DNA from: an uncultured Candidatus Rokubacteria bacterium
Lineage (GTDB): Bacteria; Methylomirabilota; Methylomirabilia; Rokubacteriales; CSP1-6
DNA length: 64,000 bases
Assembly (NCBI GenBank): GCA_963762145.1
Contig: CAVXJS010000009.1
Coordinates: 608,001-672,000, forward strand
Direction of reading: 5' to 3'
Shown: piece by piece, positions 50,144 to 59,481 of the stretch
Position numbering within the stretch: position 1 is the stretch's first letter
Layout of the letters: each line of letters begins with the position of its first letter
The notes under the pieces: generated by a model
The model's input: the letters and a program-made list of their open reading frames with translations, nothing else
Told to the model about the DNA's origin: nothing
Database searches by the model: none
Translations under genes and position numbers: made by a program

Positions 50144-50600
50144 CTACTCGATCACCTGATCCGCCCGCTGCAGGAGCGAGTGGGAGATCGTCAGGCCGAG
50201 CGCCTTGGCGGTCTTGAGGTTGATGATCAGCTCGAACTTGGTGGGCTGCTCGATGGGCAGCTCGGCGGGCTTGGCGCCTTTCAGTATCTTGTCCACGTAG
50301 GTGGCGGCGCGCGCCTGGAGATCAGACGTGTATGCGTCATAGGCCATCAGGCCACCAGCGTCGACCACGAGCCTGTAAGGGTACATCCCCGGCATTCTGT
50401 GTTGGGCTGCGAGCTCAACCACTCGTTTGCGGTGAGCAACGAATATGCTCGCGGACGTCGTGAGGAGCGCTTCGGCGCGTTCCTTGGCTCCAGCGTCGAA
50501 CGCGGCGGGAAGATCATCTACGGTCCTGATGTCGCGAATCTGCAGCTGCATGCCCAGCGAGGGGGCCGCCTTCTTCAGTTCTTCGATCTGGGGCGGAGCA
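50144..50600 (-). pseudogene. ABC substrate-binding protein C-terminal fragment
   Basis: GGLMAY, YVDKILKGAKPAELPIEQPTKFELIINLKTAKALGL. Confidence 0.8.
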
Positions 50601-50661
50601 ATTCGGGTCGACGAGGTATGCGAGCACGAGCACTCGCGAGATTCGGGGCGCGGCCTCCGGC

Positions 50662-51012
50662 ATGGCGCCCGACCGGCTCTCCGAGATCTTCGGCGAGTGG
50701 AACCAGGGCGAGCTGGGCTCGTATCTGATCGAGATCACCGCCGACATCCTCAAGCAGCGCGATCCCGCCAAGTCGACCCGCTTCCTGGTGGACATGGTGC
50801 TCGATGCCGCAGGCCAGAAGGGTACCGGCAAGTGGACGAGTGTTACGCGCTCGACCTGGGTATCCCCGCCAACGCCATCGCCGAGGCCGTGTTCGCGCGC
50901 TGTGTCTCCGCCTTGAAGGAAGAGCGGGTCGCGGCCGCCAAGAAGCTCAAGGGGCCATCGACGGCGTACCGTGGCTCGAAACCCCGACTGGTCGAGGCGG
51001 TGCGCCGCGCGA
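50662..51012 (+). pseudogene. gnd: Internal fragment of long-type 6-phosphogluconate dehydrogenase
   Basis: [36 protein letters not shown]; frameshifted. Confidence 0.82.
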
Positions 51013-51015
51013 CCC

Positions 51016-51090
51016 GCAGCAAGCGCATGTCCATGTCGGCGAAAAGCTTCTCCTGGTCCCCGGGGCGAGGGCGCCCCAGCAGGCGGCGTC
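51016..51090. repeat. Dispersed ~75-bp direct repeat, copy 1
   Basis: 30-bp identical core GCAGCAAGCGCATGTCCATGTCGGCGAAAA shared with 61413-61487. Confidence 0.8.
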
Positions 51091-51336
51091 GATGAGCCGC
51101 TCCTTCTCGAGGAACAGCAGGTGTCGTCGACCTCGCTCAGCGTAACGTGCTCGCACTCCTTCGTCGAGGCAGCCCCGCCCCCTCGGCAAGCCGCGAGAGC
51201 CAGGGGCCTTCGGCCCCGTCCCGTCAGCCGCCAGAGCTCTTGGTCAGCATTGCGCATTCGCCCGGCGCACAGTGCGCCGTTGGCAGCTGACCTAGCCGCC
51301 CCTTGCCGTGGTGGCCCATCAGCCGTATAAGGGATA

Positions 51337-51478
51337 TGGGTATGGTGGCGTGGTGCCGCCATAGGTTGGTTTTTCGAGTGGTCGGGCCGCCACTCGTGAG
51401 GCTGGAGACGGCTGAGCCGTCTCAACCCTTCACCGGGGCTTCACCCGGGAGCGGGGTTCCTATGGGGGAGTCGCCATG
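51337..51478 (+). ncRNA. Candidate structured RNA or leader
   Basis: TTGCCG-N17-TATAAG promoter-like element (51303-51331); outer stem 51359-51365/51459-51465 enclosing three hairpins. Confidence 0.5.
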
Positions 51479-51784
51479 CCGGAGGCCGATCTCCTAGACC
51501 TGCCGAAGCACGCCGATTCCAAGCTCTTCCTCCATCGGCGCCCCGCTCAAGCACCCCGACACGCAGCGTGGCCACGAGCGGACGCCGATGCGGCCTACTG
51601 GGCGGCCGGCACCAGCCTCGTCCTCGTCCGCAACGCGGACATCGCGCAGCTAGGGGGCGCGACCGCGACCAGGGGAAGGCATCATGGTCGCCTGGACCAT
51701 GTTGTTGATCGCCCTAGTGCTCATCGGCATTGCCAAGCTGCTGTTCTAGATCGAGGGAACCGCGCAGGATCACAGGAGGGGACC

Positions 51785-52132
51785 ATGCCAAGGATCGGGC
51801 GCTTCGTCACCGATCCCCGAGTCGGCTCATACTGCCACGTCACGCTCGACACCGGCGAGAAGATCACCGTCAATCACGACAAGGGAGGCTTCAAGGGGGG
51901 CCTCCTGACGATTGAGGTCTCGAAGTTCATGGGCTTCAGCTCTGACCGCATCTTCGCGTGCAACCTGGATAGCCCGATGGGCCAGCGTGTCCTCGCCTGG
52001 CTGACCCAGGGCGCCCAGCCCGGTACTGTCGCCGCCACGCCGCTGGGCGCCGCTGTCGAGTTCGTCAAGGATGCCGGGTCGCTCGGCGAGCTGAAGACGA
52101 GATGCGCCGCGCTGATGGCGACACGGACATGA
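51785..52132 (+). CDS. Hypothetical protein
   Basis: AGGAGG RBS; MPRIGRFVTDPRVGSYC... Confidence 0.65.
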   Translation: MPRIGRFVTDPRVGSYCHVTLDTGEKITVNHDKGGFKGGLLTIEVSKFMGFSSDRIFACNLDSPMGQRVLAWLTQGAQPGTVAATPLGAAVEFVKDAGSLGELKTRCAALMATRT

Positions 52133-52207
52133 TCGACCATCAGACCGGATTTGTCGCCTCCACCGTGGGGGACCGGGCGCTCTTGGCCCTCGGAGCGCAC
52201 GCTGACC

Positions 52208-52252
52208 TCAGCATCAGCCGTGTTAGCATCAGCCGTGTCAGCATCAGCCGTG
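52208..52252. repeat. 15-bp tandem repeat, 3 copies
   Basis: TCAGCATCAGCCGTG / TTAGCATCAGCCGTG / TCAGCATCAGCCGTG. Confidence 0.9.
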
Positions 52253-52563
52253 CCAACATTCAGGTCGTTACTCAGTCCTCGGTTCTCGCCGATCCTCTTC
52301 GCATGGCTGATCCCCGCCGTCGTCTCCTTGCCGGGCTGACGCGCCCGCCGAGGCGCCCGCGCCTCAGTGCGGACCGCGGCTATTCGTTTCCTCCTGCTCG
52401 CCGTAGTGCATACTCGGTCGGCAAGGACGGGGGCGAGCCGGGTCGACTTCCCGAGGGCGGACACGACGCGGCGGGCGGCCCGCGGGCGACGTGAGTGCTC
52501 CGGTAGCTGGCGCACACCGTCCGAGCTTGACCTGATCCAATCCGAGACCGTCCCATCGCAACC

Positions 52564-53916
52564 ATGCGAATACGAGCGATCGTCCTGCTGGCCTTCGCCG
52601 CGACGGTGGGTCCCACCGTCGCGCAGGAGGCGCGGCCGGTCGTCTACCGCGTCCCGATCGAGGGCATGATCGACCTGGGCCTGGCGCCCTTCGTCCAGCG
52701 GGTGCTCGACGAGGCCACCGAGCGCCGGGGCCGGCGCGGTCATCCTGGAGATCAATACCTTCGGCGGACGCGTGGACGCCGCCGTGCTGATCCGCGACGC
52801 GCTGCTGCGCACGCGGGTCCGCACCGTGGCCTTCGTGAACAAGCGCGCCATCTCGGCCGGCGCCCTGATCAGCCTGGCCGCCACGACCATCGTGATGGCG
52901 GACGGCGGCACGATCGGAGCCGCCACGCCGGTCAGATGGGCCAGCCCGGCGCGCCGGCTCAGCCCGTGGCCGAGAAGACGGTGTCCTACGTGCGCAAGGA
53001 GTTCCGCGCGACCGCCGAGAGTCGCGGGCGCCCGCCGCTGCTGGCCGAGGCCATGGTGGACGCGGACGTGGAGATCCCCGGGCGTCATCGCCAAGGGCAA
53101 GCTCCTCACGCTCACCACCGAGGAGGCGCTCAAGCACAAGCTCGCCGACTTCCGCGCCGACACCATCGAGGCCGTGCTCGAGCGGCTGGGCCTGGCCGGG
53201 GCGGAGGTCCGCCGGGCCTCGCCGACCTGGGCCGAGGACGGTCCTGCGCTTCCTGACGCATCCGGTGGTCAGCTCGCTGCTGATGACGATCGGGCGTCCT
53301 CGGGATCATCGTGGAGCTCCGGACCCCCGGCTTCGGCGTGCCGGGGGCGGTGGGCATCGGCAGCCTCGCGCTGTTCTTCTGGGGCCACTGGCTGGTGCGG
53401 CTGGTCGGCTGGGAGGAGCTGCTCCTGGTCGGCGCCGGCGTGATTCTCCTCGCCATCGAGATCTTCGTCACGCCCGGGCTTCGGGGTCACCGGGGTCCTC
53501 GGGATCGTCGCCCTCCTCGGGGGTCTGGGGCTGAGCCTCGTCGGCGCCGGGGCCACGTGGGCGGTCATCCTCAGCGCCATCGGGCGCGTCGCGGTGTCGC
53601 TGCTGCTGGCGATCGGCGGCGGCGCTGGTCCTGCTCCGCTTTCTGCCGCGCCTGCCGTTCGGGCGGCGCCTCGTCCTCGAGACCGAGCTGACCGCGCGGG
53701 CAGGGATTTGCCTCCGCGCCGGAGACGGACCGCGCGTGGCTCGGCAAGCGCGGCACGGCGGCGTCGCCGCTGCGGCCGGCCGGGATCGCCGACATCGAAG
53801 GCGAGCGGGTGGATGTGGTCTCCGACGGAGAATTCATCGATGCGGGAGACCCGATCACGGTCGTCCGGGTGGACGGCAACCGAATCGTCGTGCGGCGACT
53901 TCCAAGAAAGGACTGA
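52564..53916 (+). pseudogene. nfeD: NfeD family membrane serine protease with multiple frameshifts
   Basis: [46 protein letters not shown] spread across frames. Confidence 0.82.
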
Positions 53917-53919
53917 GCC

Positions 53920-54901
53920 ATGATGCGGAATCGACACTGGAGCCTTCGGAGCGGCTCGCGCTGCTCATCCTGGTCGTCGCGGTGCTGGTGATCGTCCTGT
54001 ACCTGATCCCCGTCCGGCTCTGGATCGCCGCCTTCGCCTCGGGCGCGTACGTCGGGCTGTTCACCCTGGTCGGGATGCGCCTGCGGCGCGTGCCGCCGAG
54101 CACGATCGTCACCGCCCGCATCAGCGCGGTGAAGGCGGGCCTCGACATCTCCGTCAACGACCTGGAGGCCCACTTCCTGGCCGGCGGCAACGTCGTCAAT
54201 GTCGTCAACGCGCTGATCTCGGCGGACAAGGCCAACATCGCGATGCCGTTCAAGCGGGCGGCGGCCATCGACCTGGCCGGCCGCGACGTGCTGGACGCGG
54301 TGAAGATGTCCGTGATCCCAAGGTGATCGAGACCCCGCGCATCGCCGCGGTCGCCAAGGACGGCATCCAGCTCATCGCGGTGTCGCGCGTGACCGTGCGC
54401 ACCAACATCGACCGGCTGGTGGGCGGCGCCGGCGAGGAGACCATCATCGCGCGCGTCGGCGAGGGCATGGTCAGCACCATCGGCTCGGCCACGAGCCACA
54501 AGGACGTGCTGGAGAACCCGGACCACATCTCCAAGCACGTCCTGGCCACGGGCCTGGATGCGGGAACCGCGTTCGAGATCCTGTCGATCGACATCGCGGA
54601 CGTCGACGTCGGCGAGAACATCGGCGCCAAGCTCCAGATCGACCAGGCCAACGCCGACAAGCAGATCGCCCAGGCCAAGGCCGAGGAGCGGCGGGCCATG
54701 GCCGTCGCGCTCGAGCAGGAGATGCGCGCCCGGGTGGTCGAGGCCGAGGCGGAGGTGCCGCGGGCCATGGCCGAGGCCTTCCGCCAGGGCAACCTCGGCA
54801 TCATGGACTACTACCGGATGAAGAACGTGCAGGCCGACACCACCATGCGGGAAGCGATCGCCGAGGGAGAGGCAGAGCCCCCGCCGAGCCCGAGGCGATA
54901 A
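53920..54901 (+). pseudogene. floA: Flotillin-like protein FloA (YqfA), frameshifted near 53930 and 54320
   Basis: [52 protein letters not shown]. Confidence 0.88.
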
Positions 54902-54914
54902 CCCGGTCGGTGCC

Positions 54915-55334
54915 ATGCGATCGCTCCGGCTCGAGCAGATCCTCCTGCTGCTGGCATTCGTGCTGGTGCCGCTGCTCAATCTGCTCGTGGGGTGGCTCCG
55001 GCGCCGGGCGCGGGAGCAGCAACGCCCCGAGCCGGCGGAGCCCCCGAGGGCGGAGCCCGTGGCGCGCGAGGGGTGGCCATCTGCCGCGATGCCGCCCAGG
55101 GTCCGAGCGATCGCGCCCGCCCCCAATGAGGGTCCGCGCAAGGAGGCCCGTCGTGAGACGCCACCGGCGCCCCAGCCACGGCCGGGCCGTCGCCAAGCGG
55201 CACCGCTGGGCGGGCGGGCGGCGGTCAGGCGGGCGATCGTCGCCATGGTCATCCTCGGCCCCTGCCGGGGGCTGGAGGAGCCGCCGCCAAGCCGGCCCGT
55301 GGGCTCGCTTCAGCAGGGGACCCGCCGGCGCTGA
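54915..55334 (+). CDS. Hypothetical membrane-anchored Pro-rich protein in the YqfB-like position
   Basis: N-terminal TM, C-terminal RRAIVAMVILGPCRG; follows floA. Confidence 0.6.
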   Translation: MRSLRLEQILLLLAFVLVPLLNLLVGWLRRRAREQQRPEPAEPPRAEPVAREGWPSAAMPPRVRAIAPAPNEGPRKEARRETPPAPQPRPGRRQAAPLGGRAAVRRAIVAMVILGPCRGLEEPPPSRPVGSLQQGTRRR

Positions 55335-55337
55335 ACC

Positions 55338-57151
55338 GTGACGGCCGCTACCCCGGTGCGAAGACGGGACGGCTACTTTCGGATCGAGGATCACGGCCCA
55401 TCGGCGACGGCTCGACCGCTGCACTCGTCGGCCGTGACGGGACCATCACGTGGCTCTGCGTCCCGCGCTTCGACTCGCCGCCGATCTTCTGCGCGCTCCT
55501 CGATACCGCGCGCGGCGGCGCGTTCAAGGTCACCCTCGAGGGGCTCGAGGCCTCCCGGCAATTCTACGAGGGCGACTCGGGCGTCCTCGTCACCGAGCTC
55601 CGGGCGGGTCCCGCGCTCGTGCGGCTGACCGATGCCCTGACGCTCCGGTCGGGCGCCGATCTCGACGAGGACGCCCCGGCAGCGCGCGGGGAGCTCCTGC
55701 GCCTCGTCGAGGTCGTGGAGGGGCATGCTCGGCTCCGCATCGCGATCGACCCACGGGGTGGGGGCGAGGCCGAGCCGAAGAGCAAAGGCCTGCGCCTGCG
55801 CTGCCCGACCCGGCCCGACCTGGATCTGCACCTGCTCTCGACGGTCGCGCTCCGCGGTCCGCGCACGACCCTCGACCTGCGCGCCGGCGCCCGGATCAGC
55901 CTCGTGCTGCGCTGGGACGGAAGGCCGGCGCGGGAAGTGCGCGACCCGGATGCCCTCCTGCGGGCAACCGTCGACGCCTGGACCCGGTGGGCGAAGCACA
56001 TCCGATACGAGGGACCGCAGAGGGCGCTCGTCAGGCGGTCGGTCATCACCCTGAAGCTCCTCGACTACTTCGAGAACGGCGCGCTCGTGGCGGCACCCAC
56101 CTCGTCGCTACCGGAGGCCATCGGCGGCCCCCGTAACTGGGACTACCGCTTCGTCTGGGTGCGCGACGCCGCCTTCTCCGTCTACGCGTTCCACCGGATC
56201 GGGCTCGCGCGCGAGGCGCGCGGGTTCCTCGAGTGGGTCCTCGATGCCGTCGAGGAAGGTGGGCGCCCGCGGGTCCTCTATGATCTGGGCGGGCGGGTCC
56301 CGTTCCCCGAGCGCGTCGATGAAGAGCTCGAGGGCTACCGGCGGTCGGGGCCGGTGCGGTGGGGGAACGCCGCGGGCGCCCAGCGTCAGCACGACGTCTA
56401 CGGGGAGATCCTCGACTGCGCGTACCAGTGGGCCCGCCACCACGGGAGCGTCGACCCGACGCTGTGGGCCCGGCTGCGCGAGTTCGTGGACGCCGCCGGA
56501 CGAGAGTGGCGCGAGCCCGACCACGGAATCTGGGAAGTGCGGACGCCCGGGCGCCCGTTCACCTACTCCGCGGCGCTCTGTCAGGTCGCGCTCGACCGCG
56601 GCGCGCGGCTGGCCGAGCGCTACGGTCTTCCCGGCGACGTGGCGCGCTGGCGGGCCGAGGCGGAGCGAATCCGGACGGCCATCCTCGAGGAGGCGTGGGA
56701 CGCGCGCCTCAACTCCTTGACCGAGCATCTGGGCGGTGGCGGGCTCGACGCGAGCCTCCTGACCCTGCCGCTGCGCCGCGTGATCCCGGCGGATCACCCG
56801 CGCATGATCGCCACGACCGAGGCGGTCCGGCGCCGGCTCGGCGCCGGGAACGGCCTGCTCTACCGGTACCTGCCGCACGAGTCGCCCGACGGCCTGCCCG
56901 GCGACGAGGGCGCATTCGTCCTGTGCAGCTTCTGGCTCGTGGACACCCTCGCCGCGCAAGGCCGGGTCGACGAGGCGCTCGAGCTCTTCGAATCGGCCTG
57001 CGCGCGGGCCAACCCGCCAGGGCTCCTGTCCGAGCAGATCGATCCTTCGACCGGCGCCTTCCTGGGAAACTTCCCGCAGGCGTTCAGCCACGTGGGGCTG
57101 GTCTCGAGCGCGGTGAATCTGGCGGCCGCCCTCGCCGCGCGGCGGCCATGA
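55338..57151 (+). CDS. Glycoside hydrolase family 15 (trehalase/glucoamylase-like), frameshift near 55400
   Basis: AAPTSSLPE, RNWDYRFVWVRD, QHDVYGE, GIWEVR, GNFPQAFSH. Confidence 0.88.
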
Positions 57152-57227
57152 CCCCGCGGCGCGAGGCCCTTGACCTGCGGCAATATACTGCGGGTGTGGC
57201 CACGGGCAGGCCGGGAAGAATGCGGAC

Positions 57228-58133
57228 ATGAAGCTGGCGATGATCGGCCTCGGGCGCATGGGTGGCAGCATGACGGAGCGGCTCCTCGGCGACGGGCACG
57301 AGGTCGTGGCGTATGCGCGGGACGCTGCGGCCGTGGCGACCGTGGAGAAGCGGGGCGCGATCGGCGCGCATTCTCTGGAGGACCTCGTCCGGAAGCTCGT
57401 TCCTCCGCGCGTCATCTGGCTCATGATCCTGGTGGGCCCGCCCGTCGAGGAGACGATCACCGCGCTCCGACCTTTGCTCGCTCGAGGGGACATCGTCGTG
57501 GATGGGGGGAACTCCCGCTTCACCGACTCCGTGCGGCGCGCGGGCGAGCTTGCAGCGGGCGGGATCGGATTTCTCGACGCAGGGACCTCGGGCGGCGTCT
57601 GGGGATTGAAGGAAGGCTACTGCCTGATGATCGGCGGCGAGGCCGAGCACTTCCGGAAGGTCGAGCCGGTCTTCAGGACCCTCGCCCCCCCGGAGGCCTA
57701 CGCGCACGTAGGGCGCGCGGGGGCCGGGCACTACACGAAGATGATCCACAACGCCATCGAGTACGCGATGCTCCAGGCGTATGGCGAAGGATTCGCGATG
57801 CTCGAGGCCAGCGACTTCGATCTCGACCTGCGGCGCGTCGCGGCGCTGTGGACGCACGGCGCGGTGGTGCGGTCCTGGCTCCTCGATCTCCTGGCTCGGG
57901 CCCTGAAGGACGACCCGGAGCTTGCCGCCATCGAGGGGTACGTCGAGGATTCCGGGATGGGACGGTGGACCGTGCACGAAGCCGTCGAGATGGCGGTCCC
58001 GGTCCCGGCGCTCGCGGACACCCTCTTTGCCCGCTTCGCCTCGCGGCAGCCGGACTCGTTCTCCGCCAAGGTCATCGCCGCCCTGCGGAAGCAGTTCGGC
58101 GGCCACGCGGTGAGACCGGCGCAAGAGAAGTAG
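57228..58133 (+). CDS. gnd: Decarboxylating 6-phosphogluconate dehydrogenase, short type
   Basis: GLGRMG, DGGNS, GTSGGVWG, KMIHNAIEY, DSGMGRWT, FGGHAV. Confidence 0.92.
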   Translation: MKLAMIGLGRMGGSMTERLLGDGHEVVAYARDAAAVATVEKRGAIGAHSLEDLVRKLVPPRVIWLMILVGPPVEETITALRPLLARGDIVVDGGNSRFTDSVRRAGELAAGGIGFLDAGTSGGVWGLKEGYCLMIGGEAEHFRKVEPVFRTLAPPEAYAHVGRAGAGHYTKMIHNAIEYAMLQAYGEGFAMLEASDFDLDLRRVAALWTHGAVVRSWLLDLLARALKDDPELAAIEGYVEDSGMGRWTVHEAVEMAVPVPALADTLFARFASRQPDSFSAKVIAALRKQFGGHAVRPAQEK

Positions 58134-58146
58134 GCCAGGGCGGCCC

Positions 58147-58368
58147 ATGCCCAGGTCGAAGATCGTGTGCACCATCGGGCCGGCGTCTCGGTCTGCGGAG
58201 ATGCTGGAGCAGCTGATCCGGGCCGGGATGGACGTCGCGCGGTTGAACTTCTCGCATGGCACCCAGGCCGAGCACCTCGAGGTCATCACGGCCGTCCGGC
58301 GCATCGCCGCCCGGCTGGCCCGGCCGGTGCCTGAGGGGAGAACATGGGGCGAGACGACCCCACTGTAG
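58147..58368 (+). pseudogene. pyk: Pyruvate kinase N-terminal fragment
   Basis: KIVCTIGPAS, AGMDVARLNFSHG, truncated after ~60 aa. Confidence 0.88.
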
Positions 58369-58746
58369 CGGGCCGACCCTATGCCCCGCCGAGCCACGAC
58401 GGGCCGGCGAGCCAACATGAGCTAGAATCTTCTCCACGTCGAGGCGCGGCGGCGCGACGTAGGTCGAGGCAGCCCCGGCTGCATCCTTGAGCAACCTCGA
58501 GAGGACATTCGCTGCCACCGAGCCGCCCGCCACTTCGTCCTGGACGCCGCGCGTGCTGCCGTTTGGAGAAGGTGACGACGATGCTGATGGTGCCGCTCAT
58601 CGCCTTCCTCGCCGTGACGGCACTCGTCGAAGCGGTCACAGGGGTCTGGTAACAGCCAGCGCAGAGCGCGTTCGTCGCGCGCTCGTGGATCCGGCCGGCC
58701 CGGTCGATGACGGCGCGCGACCGCGACTAACTCGCCGTAGTGCTGG

Positions 58747-58989
58747 TCAGTCCAAGTGCTGAACTCTCCCCGTGTCATCGTTCTCTCCCCCTGGAGACAC
58801 GAAGGCCTCAGGCACTGGGTTTGCCCGGGGCCTTGTGGCCCCCTGGGCGATCACCTCCTCTCGCCCGACGCGCATGTTCCGAATGCCGCCGCATCGGATG
58901 CTGAGCCGGATCACGACCTCGGCGTCTTCACGCCGCTGAAGGAAGCCGGTAAGCCAGGTCACGAGCCACTCGACCTTCGAGGGCTTCAC
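58747..58989 (-). CDS. Small hypothetical protein, phage-like
   Basis: GTG start overlaps the upstream stop. Confidence 0.4.
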   Translation of the reverse strand: MKPSKVEWLVTWLTGFLQRREDAEVVIRLSIRCGGIRNMRVGREEVIAQGATRPRANPVPEAFVSPGGENDDTGRVQHLD

Positions 58990-59237
58990 TGGCCGTCTCC
59001 GAGCTTGCAGTGGGGCGCGACCTCGATCGCGCCATCGGGCGTGTAGAGGATGCCCGTGGCCTGGAAGGGCGGCCGTGCGATGAGCCCGACCGCGACGATT
59101 CGGAGGAGTCCTGACGACGGGGCAGTCCATGCGATGTGCACCTTCGTCCGAGTGACCTTCACGAGGTGGCCCTGGCGGTCCTTGCTCCCGAAGTGGTCGA
59201 AGAGACATTCGTCGCCGACCTTGAACTCTGTTGCCAT
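58986..59237 (-). CDS. Small hypothetical protein, phage-like
   Basis: AAGGAGG RBS; MATEFKVGDECLF... Confidence 0.55.
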   Translation of the reverse strand: MATEFKVGDECLFDHFGSKDRQGHLVKVTRTKVHIAWTAPSSGLLRIVAVGLIARPPFQATGILYTPDGAIEVAPHCKLGDGQ

Positions 59238-59481
59238 CGCCCCCTCCTTCGTTCGAATTGGGAGCCCTCGCTGCCGGTCCTGTAATTGACTGTCAACCAC
59301 ACTCATGAATGTTGCGGGGCGGTAGCGGGCACCTAGACTTCCGGCCGATGAGCCGACGGATGAATCCCGTGGAACTCCTCGACCGCGTGGATCGCCCGCG
59401 TCCGCGGGGTCGCGCCAGACACCGTGCGCGACCTTTTCCGACGGCCTGAAACGTACACGACGAGACAAGACCGAGGGTGGC

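Noticed and set aside
51476-51784. N-terminal extension of ORF 51476..52132 as real coding sequence
   Set aside because: The composition is not protein-like, and a strong RBS supports the start at 51785.
52208-52252. Possible CRISPR array
   Set aside because: The repeats are contiguous with no spacers, and there are no cas genes in the window.
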